Positions 17,301 through 24,896 of a DNA stretch of 24,896 nt are shown piece after piece. Position 1 is the stretch's first letter. The number at the start of each line of letters is the position of its first letter. The translations under genes and the position numbers were made by a program. The stretch covers positions 1 to 24,896 of IMG/VR virus record IMGVR_UViG_3300030433_000073. One strand, 5' to 3'. This DNA comes from a virus (lineage: Duplodnaviria; Caudoviricetes). The notes beneath the pieces are model-generated. The model saw nothing but the letters and a program-made list of their open reading frames with translations. It had not been told where the DNA came from and did not search any database.

Positions 17301-18410
17301 ACAGAAAAAGAAAAATACGCTGAGAATGGTAAACCTTATGGAACGATTGATATAAACGATCAAGAAAAATATGTAAGAGGTGCAGATGGAAAATTAAAAT
17401 ATAAATATATAAGTTACAAACGAATTGATCCTTGGGCTAGTTTCTTTGCGATTTCTGCTGATATGACTCAAATACAAAGTTACTTGCCTACAGATAACGG
17501 AACTGCACAGACAATATTTGATGTAGCAAAAATAGCTTTATCAAGAAATTTAGTTAATAAAACATATCTGCAAGGCATTACAGAATTATTTAGTAACTTT
17601 GATGATGCTGATTTTGTTTATAGATTCATTGCAAGACGAGGAGCAATACTTACAGTTCCAGCGTATAACTTATTAAAAGATGTAAAAAAAGTAAGTAGTA
17701 GTTATAGCAGCGTATCTGAGCCTAATGTTGTTATGGATAAAAATGTTTACGGAGAAGAGAAAGGTTCTCCAATGATTATTTTAAGAAGATATTTAAACGA
17801 AGTTGCAAGTGCTATGCCATATTACAATGCAGAGCTAAGACCAGATCAAAACTGGATTACAGGTCAGTTGAGAACATATCCTGTAGGCTTTGGTAAACAT
17901 AATTGGAATCCTTTGCTTGATGGCTGGTCAACTGATACAGAAACAATTAACGATCCAGTATTAAGTGTTTTATCTGATCTCAATGTAAAGATAAGTCCAC
18001 CTGTTAAATCTTTACTAAATGGACAAATCCCTTTAGACAAAGATCAATATTCAACACTTATATATTTAACTGCTAGTGAAAAGTTTGGAGGTAAAAGATT
18101 ATATGATAGTCTTATAAGTAAAATCAATACTCCTAGTATGCAAGGAGATATTAAAACTATGAGAGGAGAAGGTATAACAAGCACTAATGAAGAAATTGCT
18201 GTTTTAGCTCAAGAGAGAGCTAGGGCAAGAGTCGCAGGGGAACTTAAAGATATATTGTCAGAATATAAAACAAAAGCATTAGAACTTTTTACGAAGAAGT
18301 ATTTACCTAGAGATATAAGAGAGAAATTACAAAGAGTAGAAAAGTCGGCAGATAACATAAGAAACGATAATATAAGGGAAGCAACTCCATCTATTAACTT
18401 TGCTAATTAA
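14322..18410 (+). CDS. gp16: Large internal virion protein, T7 gp16-like
   Basis: 1362 aa between gp15 and the tail fibre; EVFINNILSSPVTHQVN, PTRFLMAEDEFFKQVNFR, ILPFVRTPANILK, YISYKRIDP, NKTYLQGI. Confidence 0.87.
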   Translation: MDSNLQNNQPKKVVDPVQEENLFVKDQTTAKDIVEPQQLKPKPVVNKQPELEQKGLIGKLKDFDPQESLLNNLVDKTKEGSKINNFLTNVRDDYLIRADEAEKYQKEQRKIHEETILKNPVSQVFRGLINGRIDSLNNLFELGDDTLRTVLGKDVRTDFDLIDTEELGTYVKGDEEKPLYFVPKAITQYILPYALVRGQLAKRGITKYKDLISAGVVDFTLTDPFEDNTFNLFTGLNIPILNNMIGFLATPDQPDDKFIAPEDKYFLRLKNGFHAYLFDKVAGAAIEKGTPIAKEVLKKAKKPAQEFTGLLGEKLGASTDLIMNTVLDIKANSKRRKLILGRLSSYQNAINADIIADKNAITDTQLIEDLKSFKKLEVKNKKIRAKNKKIEKEIGKGDGSSIPSRVTKEGDIIDPFGYKRSYFAGQFKKFDDAIDYLNSRKGQLDGIEKRTFKQMANEAEQMLPFDAVNAASDIVEFLDDKNVEAVVVKMKQIVFEGSQAAIRYTNAIDTAIATGNVDLQKKLLKGLFEEQTATDYFLNIKRHLDNRLATGLAATRVPPKVPSADQGKGIEALIKYKGQVRQNITVDERQVKKAVDDFISPITNYKLDDLIKLADEGDSKTLRTVMRKVAIAAQDPKAYQKMMKDGFKVDKGQRLLQITNEVFINNILSSPVTHQVNILSTALNSLSRPITLALGAGDDAVLRTRAGKELIYAIQSIQDSIKMAALAFRANTNILDAGSKVLDYDMALLDGKSAFVRSIGNAYRLPTRFLMAEDEFFKQVNFRSFAKAEIWEEGTRKGKTGKQLTNYMDRRFNQLMQLVNNESKTGKFTNKTLDLYRRAREFSASATFTEDLIDGTITKDVSNFVNRHPILRQILPFVRTPANILKQTAKATPVLNRIGDLNVGGVKPFKDVGFYKEHIEEITSPNAAVRARAIGRTRLGGALWISGITSALAINNPEAPIAITGGLSANNEIRKLELATGKQPYSFRFLLKDTEKEKYAENGKPYGTIDINDQEKYVRGADGKLKYKYISYKRIDPWASFFAISADMTQIQSYLPTDNGTAQTIFDVAKIALSRNLVNKTYLQGITELFSNFDDADFVYRFIARRGAILTVPAYNLLKDVKKVSSSYSSVSEPNVVMDKNVYGEEKGSPMIILRRYLNEVASAMPYYNAELRPDQNWITGQLRTYPVGFGKHNWNPLLDGWSTDTETINDPVLSVLSDLNVKISPPVKSLLNGQIPLDKDQYSTLIYLTASEKFGGKRLYDSLISKINTPSMQGDIKTMRGEGITSTNEEIAVLAQERARARVAGELKDILSEYKTKALELFTKKYLPRDIREKLQRVEKSADNIRNDNIREATPSINFAN

Positions 18411-18412
18411 TC

Positions 18413-21400
18413 ATGGCTACTAATACAGCAGCTTCGTCAACTACCCATACAGGTAATGGAAGCACCGCAGCATTTTCAATATCCTTTAGTTACATATCAA
18501 CTACTGAGATAGATGTTACTGTAGCTGGCACTTTAAAAACACTTGGAACGCACTACACAATTAGCGGAGCAACACTTACTTTTACAAGTGGCAATATCCC
18601 TGCTAATGGGGCTGCTATTAAGTTTCAAAGAGATACAGATATTAGTGCAAAGAAAGTAGACTTTGAAGATGGTAGTGTTTTAACAGAATTTGATTTAGAT
18701 ACAAATAGCGATCAGGTATTATTTGCTCAACAAGAGATTATTGATAAGTTGGCTGGTATTGAAGAAGGAGCTACAGGAGATCAAACAGCAGCAGAGATTA
18801 GAACATTAGTAGAAAATGCAAGTGATAGTAATGTCTTTACTGACGCAGATCACTCTAAGTTAAATGCAATAGAAGCTAACGCAACACAAGATCAAACAGT
18901 ATCAGAAATAAAAAGTCTTATAGCTGGTAGTCCTCTTGATGCTAGTCATCTTGCAGCTAACTCAGTTGATAGTAGTGAACTGGTAGATGGTAGTGTAGAT
19001 ACTTCACATCTATCTGCTGACTGCGTTACAAATGCAAAGATAGCTGATAATTCTATTGACTCAGAACATTATGTTGACGGATCAATAGATACTGCACATA
19101 TAGGTAACTCACAAGTCACTACAGCTAAAATTGCTGATGATTCAATTACAAACGCAAAAATAGGTGCTGGGGCTGTTGGCACGACAGAATTAGATACAGG
19201 GGCGATCACGTCAGATAAACTTGCAACCAATTCAGTTACTAATGCAAAGATAGTTAACAATAGTATTACTAGCACTAAGATTTCTGCAAGTGCAGTTGTT
19301 ACAAATAAGATTGCTAATGATGCAGTCACAAATGCAAAAATTGGTGCAGGTGCAGTTGGCACAACTGAGTTAGATACTAATGCTGTAACAACTGCCAAAA
19401 TAGCTGATGCAGAATTAAAAACACTAGCTGGTATGCAATCTGGTACAGCTTCTAAGTTAGCTGACAGTACTGCCCTTACTTCTGATATTGCCGATCTAAA
19501 CCAGTTAGATGGCATGGCAAAGCAGACCACTATAACTGATGATGATACAAAGTTTCCTACTTCTGGTGCTGTTGTAGATTTTGTAGCTGCACAGATTGCA
19601 CCTATTGGTGGATTAGAAGTTATAGCTAACGAAGATAGCTTTCCTACTACACAACCAGCATCAGGTGTGGTTATTAGTATTTCAGATATAGAAGGTCTTA
19701 TTGTTAATGGAAGTGGTGTTGCTACAAATGCAAGAACATCAGGTAATGGCTCAGATAACGTAACTATTAATGGCTTTCCTTCTAGCTTACAAAGCAAGAC
19801 AATGGCTGCTGGTCTTGGTCTTATGGTCAGTTCTACAGGCTCTAGTCAAACATATACTTACCATAAACTATTAGCAAAAGAAGCTGATGTAGAACAACTT
19901 AGTAATGATATAAACGACTTTGCAGCTAGGTATAGAGTAGGTTCTTCTAACCCTTCAACTGATCTTGATGCTGGTGATTTATTCTTTAATACTTCTACTT
20001 CAAAATTATTAGTTTATAACGCAACTAACAGTGCATGGGAAGAAGCACAAAGTATTGGTAACTTCTTTATTTCTACACTTAGCCCTGCTTTTAATGGATC
20101 AACACAAGATTTTACGATTACAAATGCACCAGCAAATGCACAACAAATATTATTAAGTATTAATGGTGTTGTACAAAAACCTAATAGTGGTACATCTACA
20201 CCTTCAGAGGGTTTTGCTTTATCAGGTAGCACTGTTAAGTTAGCTGCTGCACCTCCAAGTGGATCAGATTACTTTGCAATAGTTCTTGGATCTACTGTAA
20301 ATATTGGTACACCAAGTAATAACACAGTAAGTACAGACGTACTACAAAACGGATCAGTTACTACAGCAAAGATTGCAGATAGTGCAGTTACTACTTCAAA
20401 AATAGCGAATGCCAATATAACTGGTGCAAAGTTAGCACAAGGTTCTGTTGGTACAGGCATGATAGTAGATGATGCAGTTACAGCTCCTAAGATCGCAAGG
20501 TTGGCAGGTAATCTTGACTTTAATGATAATGCAAAAGCAGTGTTTGGTATTGGTAATGACTTACAAATTTATCATGATGGAACAAACTCAATTATTAAAG
20601 AAAGTACTACTGCTGGCTCATTAAAAATTTTAGGTCAAAATATTTTAATTAAAAATACAAATGATAATGAAGTTTTTATTGATTGTCACCATAATGGAAA
20701 CGTAGAACTCTATTACGACAATACTAAGAAACTTGAAACTTCTAGTTCGGGAGCAGTTGTTTCTGGTGGATTTATGGTTGATACAGTAGCCCCTGTAGCA
20801 GATGTTAATACTGTTAATCATTACACATATGGTTATTTCAACACAGGCACTCAACAAGGTTTCACGGTAAGGGGTGATGAAGCAGCTATAGAAATTTTAG
20901 CTAGTGATCAAAGTCACCATGCTGGTTCATTTGTTATTAGAGGAGGTAATGAGGGGTTTGGATTTGTTAATAGTGCTAGTGCTGATCGTTTAGAGCTTTA
21001 TTCATTTACTGCTAGTGGTAGTCCTTTTTCTCTTCATAATACTGGTAGCAATGTGTCTCGTAGAGACCTTTGTATGCAAATTAATAAAAACGGATCAGTA
21101 GAATTATATCACGATAACAATAAGAAACTTGAGACAACTTCAGTTGGTGTAAATATAACTGGTAATTTAGGTTTAGGAGTTACAAGCCCTACTAATAAAA
21201 TAGATATATCTGGAACAGGTAATCAACAAATCCAACTTGTAAGAACTGATGGTGTTGGAAGTGGTGGAAATGGATTTATTTTTAAAGCTGGTTCAAATGC
21301 TTCTTCTATTTTTACAACTGGTGGAGAACATACCATAAAACTTTTTACAAATAGTGCTGAAAAGGTAGTAGTAAATTCTGCTGGTCATGTAACAAAACCT

Positions 21401-21838
21401 TATCATGTATGTTTTGGAGCAACAGGAAACCAAGGAACTTATGCTGTAGCTGCTGGTCAAACTATTGCTTTTAATCAAAAACATCAATCATATCCAAACA
21501 GTAGGCATAGTGCATACAGTACTAGCAACTATAGATTTACTGCACCTGTAACTGGAATTTATAGTTTTACTGTTAATTTATATTTTAGAGATGTAAACTT
21601 ATCTAATTTATTTTCATTAGTACCAAAAATAAATGGGTCTGAAGTAACAGGTGGTGGTGGTGATATAATGTTTATTTTCTCTTGTCAAAACATTAATCAC
21701 GATACTACTATTTCTGGGACAGTACTTTTAGAATTAGATGCTAATGATTATGTAGAAGTTGCTCGTAGAACAGGTCAAACAGGTTCACATTCGTTATATA
21801 TGCCACACTCAAGTTTCTTTGGACATCTTATTGGATAA
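18413..21838 (+). CDS. gp17: Tail fibre protein: T7 gp17-like N-terminal anchor, VTxAKIA repeats, beta-repeat modules, C-terminal C1q-like domain
   Basis: N-terminal HTGNGSTAAFSISFSY..., RDTD....VDFEDGSVLTEFDLD; 10-residue VTxAKIAxx repeats; C-terminal YRFTAPVTGIYSFTVN...LLELDANDYVEV...SSFFGHLIG. Confidence 0.93.
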   Translation: MATNTAASSTTHTGNGSTAAFSISFSYISTTEIDVTVAGTLKTLGTHYTISGATLTFTSGNIPANGAAIKFQRDTDISAKKVDFEDGSVLTEFDLDTNSDQVLFAQQEIIDKLAGIEEGATGDQTAAEIRTLVENASDSNVFTDADHSKLNAIEANATQDQTVSEIKSLIAGSPLDASHLAANSVDSSELVDGSVDTSHLSADCVTNAKIADNSIDSEHYVDGSIDTAHIGNSQVTTAKIADDSITNAKIGAGAVGTTELDTGAITSDKLATNSVTNAKIVNNSITSTKISASAVVTNKIANDAVTNAKIGAGAVGTTELDTNAVTTAKIADAELKTLAGMQSGTASKLADSTALTSDIADLNQLDGMAKQTTITDDDTKFPTSGAVVDFVAAQIAPIGGLEVIANEDSFPTTQPASGVVISISDIEGLIVNGSGVATNARTSGNGSDNVTINGFPSSLQSKTMAAGLGLMVSSTGSSQTYTYHKLLAKEADVEQLSNDINDFAARYRVGSSNPSTDLDAGDLFFNTSTSKLLVYNATNSAWEEAQSIGNFFISTLSPAFNGSTQDFTITNAPANAQQILLSINGVVQKPNSGTSTPSEGFALSGSTVKLAAAPPSGSDYFAIVLGSTVNIGTPSNNTVSTDVLQNGSVTTAKIADSAVTTSKIANANITGAKLAQGSVGTGMIVDDAVTAPKIARLAGNLDFNDNAKAVFGIGNDLQIYHDGTNSIIKESTTAGSLKILGQNILIKNTNDNEVFIDCHHNGNVELYYDNTKKLETSSSGAVVSGGFMVDTVAPVADVNTVNHYTYGYFNTGTQQGFTVRGDEAAIEILASDQSHHAGSFVIRGGNEGFGFVNSASADRLELYSFTASGSPFSLHNTGSNVSRRDLCMQINKNGSVELYHDNNKKLETTSVGVNITGNLGLGVTSPTNKIDISGTGNQQIQLVRTDGVGSGGNGFIFKAGSNASSIFTTGGEHTIKLFTNSAEKVVVNSAGHVTKPYHVCFGATGNQGTYAVAAGQTIAFNQKHQSYPNSRHSAYSTSNYRFTAPVTGIYSFTVNLYFRDVNLSNLFSLVPKINGSEVTGGGGDIMFIFSCQNINHDTTISGTVLLELDANDYVEVARRTGQTGSHSLYMPHSSFFGHLIG
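19148..19378 (+). repeat. Internal duplication in the tail fibre (two copies of TNAKIGAGAVGTTELDT, 180 nt apart)
   Basis: 19148-19198 and 19328-19378 encode an identical 17-aa peptide with 9 third-position differences. Confidence 0.9.
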
Positions 21839-22477
21839 TGTTAAACTAAAATCAAGATGTTTTAACTATGGCACTAACTAAGATAGACGATAGAGGGCTT
21901 AAAACTCCTATAGACCTACAAGATAACGAAAACATACGTTTAGGTACAGGTAATGATTTACAAATTTATCATGATGGATCTCATAACTATATATTAAGTT
22001 CTAATGGACATGTACACCTTGTTGGTGATGGTACTAATCAAGTTAAAATAACTGCTAAAAATAATGAACAAGGTATTTTAATTACACCAAATGGTTCAGT
22101 AGAACTATATTACGACAACAGTAAAAAGTTTGAGACAACTTCAAGTGGAATTAAAGGGTATGGTACAGGTGTTGGTCATATATTTTTAGGTGATTTTAGA
22201 GTCAAGACTGAAGCTGATGCTAATTTTGTTACTTTTAAACCAGCAGAAAGTTTAGTTAGATGGCATGACAATCATAAAGCTGTTTTTGGAGCTTCTAATG
22301 ACCTACAATTTTATCATGATGGAACTCATAGCTACATTTATAATACTACTGGTGAATTAAAAAATAGAGCAGCTATTTGGAAAGTTGTTAATGCAGCTAA
22401 TAGTGAAATACAAATAAAAGCAACTGAAAATGCAGCAGTAGAACTCTATTACGACAACGTTAAAAAGTTTGAGACTA
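20552..22477 (+). repeat. Dispersed near-identical DNA repeats shared between the two fibre genes
   Basis: GGTAATGA(C/T)TTACAAATTTATCATGATGGA at 20552 and 21949 (29/30), with a related copy at 22296. GTAGAACTCTATTACGACAA at 20702 and 22438 (20/20) and 22099 (19/20), with a weaker copy near 21098. Confidence 0.88.
21839..21847 (+). promoter_or_regulatory. Possible extended -10 promoter (TG-T-TAAACT) for the second fibre gene
   Basis: TGTTAAACT lies immediately after the gp17 stop, 20 nt before ATG 21868. The AT-rich context weakens the call. Confidence 0.3.
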
Positions 22478-23208
22478 GAGATGCAGGTGCGACTTTGTTT
22501 GGTGATCTATATATGGGTGATGACAAAAAAATAAGGCTAGGTGATGGTGGAGGTGGAGATTTAAGATTATATCATGACGGCTCGAACTCATATATTCAAC
22601 ATAGCGTATCAGGAAATCTACGTTATCAATCTAATAATCATGATTTCTATAATCAAGCTGCAAGTCAGTTTATGTGTCGTATGTTCAATGGTGATACAGT
22701 ACGTCTATATCACAACGGGTCTGCAAGGTTTGAGACAACTTCATACGGCACTCGAACTACTGGTTATCATACTCAATCTTCCAACGTTGGATTTCAAGGT
22801 GATGCTGCTGATTGGACATCATCAACACCTTATATGCACAACATGACTTTACAGTGGAATAGCGGACACTTTGTTAATAGTACGGGAGTATTTACCTGTC
22901 CTGTTGCTGGTAAGTATTTATGTTCAGCGACAGTACAGGCACATAGAGCAAATAACCCTAGCGGTTCAAGTGGTCAATACTTTAATGTATTATGGCAAAA
23001 AAATAACAGTAACTATCACGTAGAATCAGTAGGTACTGTAGCTACAGACGCTAGTGCTTTAAGTACTTCTGCTGTAAATGGTAAGCATGGAACAGTAACA
23101 GCAACAGTTATTATAGATTGTGCAGCAAATGACACAATCAGAGCGTACTCAAATCATGGTTACAGGCACAATACACAAAATATTTGTTCAGTTTATTTAT
23201 TAGGATAA
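21868..23208 (+). CDS. Second tail fibre / receptor-binding protein with repeat modules and C-terminal C1q-like domain
   Basis: MALTKID start; three copies of the (D/N)L.(I/F/L)YHDG...VELYYDN.KKFET module; C-terminal FVNSTGVFTCPVAGKYL...IIDCAANDTIR...SVYLLG. Confidence 0.85.
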   Translation: MALTKIDDRGLKTPIDLQDNENIRLGTGNDLQIYHDGSHNYILSSNGHVHLVGDGTNQVKITAKNNEQGILITPNGSVELYYDNSKKFETTSSGIKGYGTGVGHIFLGDFRVKTEADANFVTFKPAESLVRWHDNHKAVFGASNDLQFYHDGTHSYIYNTTGELKNRAAIWKVVNAANSEIQIKATENAAVELYYDNVKKFETRDAGATLFGDLYMGDDKKIRLGDGGGGDLRLYHDGSNSYIQHSVSGNLRYQSNNHDFYNQAASQFMCRMFNGDTVRLYHNGSARFETTSYGTRTTGYHTQSSNVGFQGDAADWTSSTPYMHNMTLQWNSGHFVNSTGVFTCPVAGKYLCSATVQAHRANNPSGSSGQYFNVLWQKNNSNYHVESVGTVATDASALSTSAVNGKHGTVTATVIIDCAANDTIRAYSNHGYRHNTQNICSVYLLG

Positions 23209-23252
23209 AATTATGAATTACATATATAATAAACATATCAATAAATAAAATC

Positions 23253-23516
23253 ATGGATTACAAAATTACTCTCACAGATACAGAAACCAAATGTCTTGAG
23301 TATGTTGCTTATAGCAATTTCGATTGGATTGATAACGCAGCAAAAAATAGAGCAAGAATAGCAAAAGATGAAATTATTTCTTTAAATACTGCACATTGCA
23401 ACGCTAATTCAATAGCAATTGCAGTGGGTGAAGATGCACAAGTGGCACAAGCTTACAGTCTTGGAGTGGTAAAGACTGCCAAAGAAAGGCATGATAGTAC
23501 TACACCAACAAGTTAG
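23253..23516 (+). CDS. Hypothetical protein, fibre-associated (possible assembly chaperone)
   Basis: 87 aa ITLTDTETKCLEYVA....DWIDNAAKNRARIAKDEII directly after the C1q-tipped fibre; function inferred from position only. Confidence 0.75.
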   Translation: MDYKITLTDTETKCLEYVAYSNFDWIDNAAKNRARIAKDEIISLNTAHCNANSIAIAVGEDAQVAQAYSLGVVKTAKERHDSTTPTS

Positions 23517-23539
23517 TTCACTTTATTTTTAAATTAATT

Positions 23540-23854
23540 ATGTCAATTACAAAAACTTGGGAAATAAATACCCTTCAAAGAGAACTTGCAACTGGCTATG
23601 TAAATAAAGTTATTTACAGAGTTTTAGGTACTGATGGTACTTATCAAACAAGAGCTACAGGAGAATTAGATTTACCAAAACCAGAAACACTTATACCTTA
23701 TAAAGATTTAACACAAGAGACTGTTATTGGTTGGGTTAAAGCAAAACTAGAAGCAGATAAAAAAGGTTCTGTAGATGAAATAGAAAAAGCTATAGATAAA
23801 AATATTGCTTTACAAAAAACACCAGTGTACGGTGTAGGTACACCTTGGAGTTAA
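23540..23854 (+). CDS. Hypothetical phage protein, fibre-associated
   Basis: 104 aa TWEINTLQRE...V.YRV....LIPYKDLTQETVIGWVKAKL...GTPW, a type recurrently seen beside fibre genes in aquatic phages (recollection). Confidence 0.8.
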   Translation: MSITKTWEINTLQRELATGYVNKVIYRVLGTDGTYQTRATGELDLPKPETLIPYKDLTQETVIGWVKAKLEADKKGSVDEIEKAIDKNIALQKTPVYGVGTPWS

Positions 23855-23860
23855 ATTAAA

Positions 23861-23986
23861 ATGCCACTTAAAGGAAATCAAAAGAAAATTGATAGTGATG
23901 GTGATGGAAAAATCACTAAAAAAGATTTCTTATTGCTTGCTGCAAGAAGAAAAAAAATGAAGAAGAATGGAAATAAATCTGCCTGA
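23861..23986 (+). CDS. 41-aa single EF-hand micro-protein (not in ORF track)
   Basis: Hand translation: MPLKGNQKKIDSDGDGKITKKDFLLLAARRKKMKKNGNKSA, with canonical loop DSDGDGKITKKD. It fills the gap between two + strand genes. Confidence 0.8.
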   Translation: MPLKGNQKKIDSDGDGKITKKDFLLLAARRKKMKKNGNKSA

Positions 23987-24443
23987 TTTACCAGATACAG
24001 ATTTTATTCTTGATCCACCTAAAACAATTTTTTATCCTCCGATAGTGGAAGAACCTTATCTAGATCCCCTACTTCTTCCAAGTCTGGAACAGGTAGAGTC
24101 GGGTTTGGGAGGTCAGGAATCTTCTGCTGAAGAAGAAAAAGCATCTTCAACGGAGGAAGCGTTAGAAGTAAAACCAGAGATAATACCGAAAGACCTGCTA
24201 GACCCCAAAGAAACTTTATCAAGTGAAGAAGCTATAGCTACATTTAATATACCTTTTTTTGGTGAGATGCCTATACCAGCACCAGAGGTCATTGCTTCCT
24301 CTGTGATTGCTGCTGGTACTGCGTCTGTTGTATCTGTAGCTGGTGGTATTGCTATGCAGTCAGTATTAGCTTTTATCAAGAAAACATTTAAGAAAATGTT
24401 TACTAAAGTTCTTAAGAAAGAGATTGCAGATAGAAAGAAATAA
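23967..24443 (+). CDS. Hypothetical membrane-anchored protein (acidic Pro/Glu-rich N-region, hydrophobic helix, basic tail)
   Basis: 158 aa; VIASSVIAAGTASVVSVAGGIAMQSVLAFI followed by KKTFKKMFTKVLKKE. Confidence 0.8.
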   Translation: MEINLPDLPDTDFILDPPKTIFYPPIVEEPYLDPLLLPSLEQVESGLGGQESSAEEEKASSTEEALEVKPEIIPKDLLDPKETLSSEEAIATFNIPFFGEMPIPAPEVIASSVIAAGTASVVSVAGGIAMQSVLAFIKKTFKKMFTKVLKKEIADRKK

Positions 24444-24457
24444 GGTATAGTACTAAC

Positions 24458-24652
24458 AAGCCTTAATGAAGTATTGATCTTTGGGGAATGGATTTAAGGC
24501 TTTTCAAGGCGAGTGTACCTGACTGATCTCTCTTCTATTGACGAATAGCAGATGAACTCAGTACATCTAAAGCACTTAGATGTTATGAAAGTAAACACAA
24601 ATGGTAATTTGGAAATTGCTTCCTCCTCTACAGAGCGTTACTCGCCTTTAAA
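24458..24652 (+). ncRNA. Candidate structured non-coding RNA between convergent genes
   Basis: TATAGT -10 at 24446-24451. Helices: AAGCCTTAA/TTAAGGCTT (24458-66/24494-502), AAGGCGAGT/ACTCGCCTT (24506-14/24640-48), CTATT-GACG-AATAG (24535-48), ACATCTAA/TTAGATGT (24563-83), GTAATTT/AAATTGC (24604-19). Confidence 0.5.
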
Positions 24653-24895
24653 TTTTTCTGCGTTAGCTTTTACATAACTTCGTATATTGATTACATCATT
24701 ACAAATATATGCGAACTTAGACTCAGGATTTATCATGTAACCGCTTGCGTGAAGCTGCCCACACTTCAAGATACGAACTAGCTGCTTATCATGCACTTGC
24801 TTGTCTAGTTCTTCTTTGGCTAGGTCTAGCTTTACTTTTGCTAGTTCAGAACACGTTTCATTATTAGTTCCTAGCGGTATCATAAAACTCATTTG
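24638..24895 (-). CDS. Conserved cyanophage-type hypothetical protein, C-terminal part (probably extends beyond the window)
   Basis: The frame is open to the window edge. SFMIPL....C...A....L.....D...VRILKCGQLHASGYMINPESKFAYICNDVI with spaced cysteines resembles a hypothetical family of marine cyanophages (recollection). Confidence 0.72.
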   Translation of the reverse strand, partial: QMSFMIPLGTNNETCSELAKVKLDLAKEELDKQVHDKQLVRILKCGQLHASGYMINPESKFAYICNDVINIRSYVKANAEKFKGE

Positions 24896-24896
24896 A

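Noticed and set aside
19069-19797. 242-aa minus-strand ORF
   Set aside because: Shadow of the repetitive Ala/Thr/Val-rich fibre region; no independent motifs or signals.
20552-23208. CRISPR array or diversity-generating retroelement explanation for the fibre repeats
   Set aside because: The repeats are in-frame coding, irregularly spaced and not adenine-specific in their differences; no cas or reverse transcriptase gene is in the window.
1525-24379. Remaining short minus-strand ORFs and nested + ORF 22574-22846
   Set aside because: All lie inside well-supported + strand genes and have no recognisable motifs.
24519-24592. Hammerhead ribozyme (CTGACTGA ... GAAA)
   Set aside because: Does not match the CUGANGA core spacing, and the required three-helix junction could not be built.
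24552-24677. 41-codon + strand ORF (MNSVHLKHL...)
   Set aside because: No RBS or motif, overlaps the convergent gene, and the region is better explained by RNA structure.

Overview
This AT-rich 24.9-kb window is the middle and late region of a T7-like marine podovirus (Autographiviridae-type). Gene content and composition best fit a Prochlorococcus-type cyanopodovirus, but the host is inferred. Almost all genes are on the + strand in T7 order: primase/helicase (5'-truncated), 5'-3' exonuclease, three small gp6.5/6.7/7.3-position proteins, portal, scaffold, major capsid plus terminator, tail tubular A and B, gp13-gp16-like internal virion proteins (the gp15-like one ends in a GH73 muramidase), two C1q-tipped fibres, small accessory genes and one convergent minus-strand gene. 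Four points stand out. (i) The helicase abuts the exonuclease, with no DNA polymerase or ribonucleotide reductase in their usual places. (ii) A translationally coupled cassette of tiny basic proteins lies between scaffold and capsid, and more unannotated micro-ORFs occur elsewhere, including a 41-aa EF-hand peptide. (iii) A candidate minus-strand small RNA with its own extended -10 promoter has an unpaired linker complementary to the structured capsid leader. (iv) A ~190-nt highly structured intergenic element sits between the convergent genes at the right end. All family assignments come from motif recognition and synteny; no searches were run.
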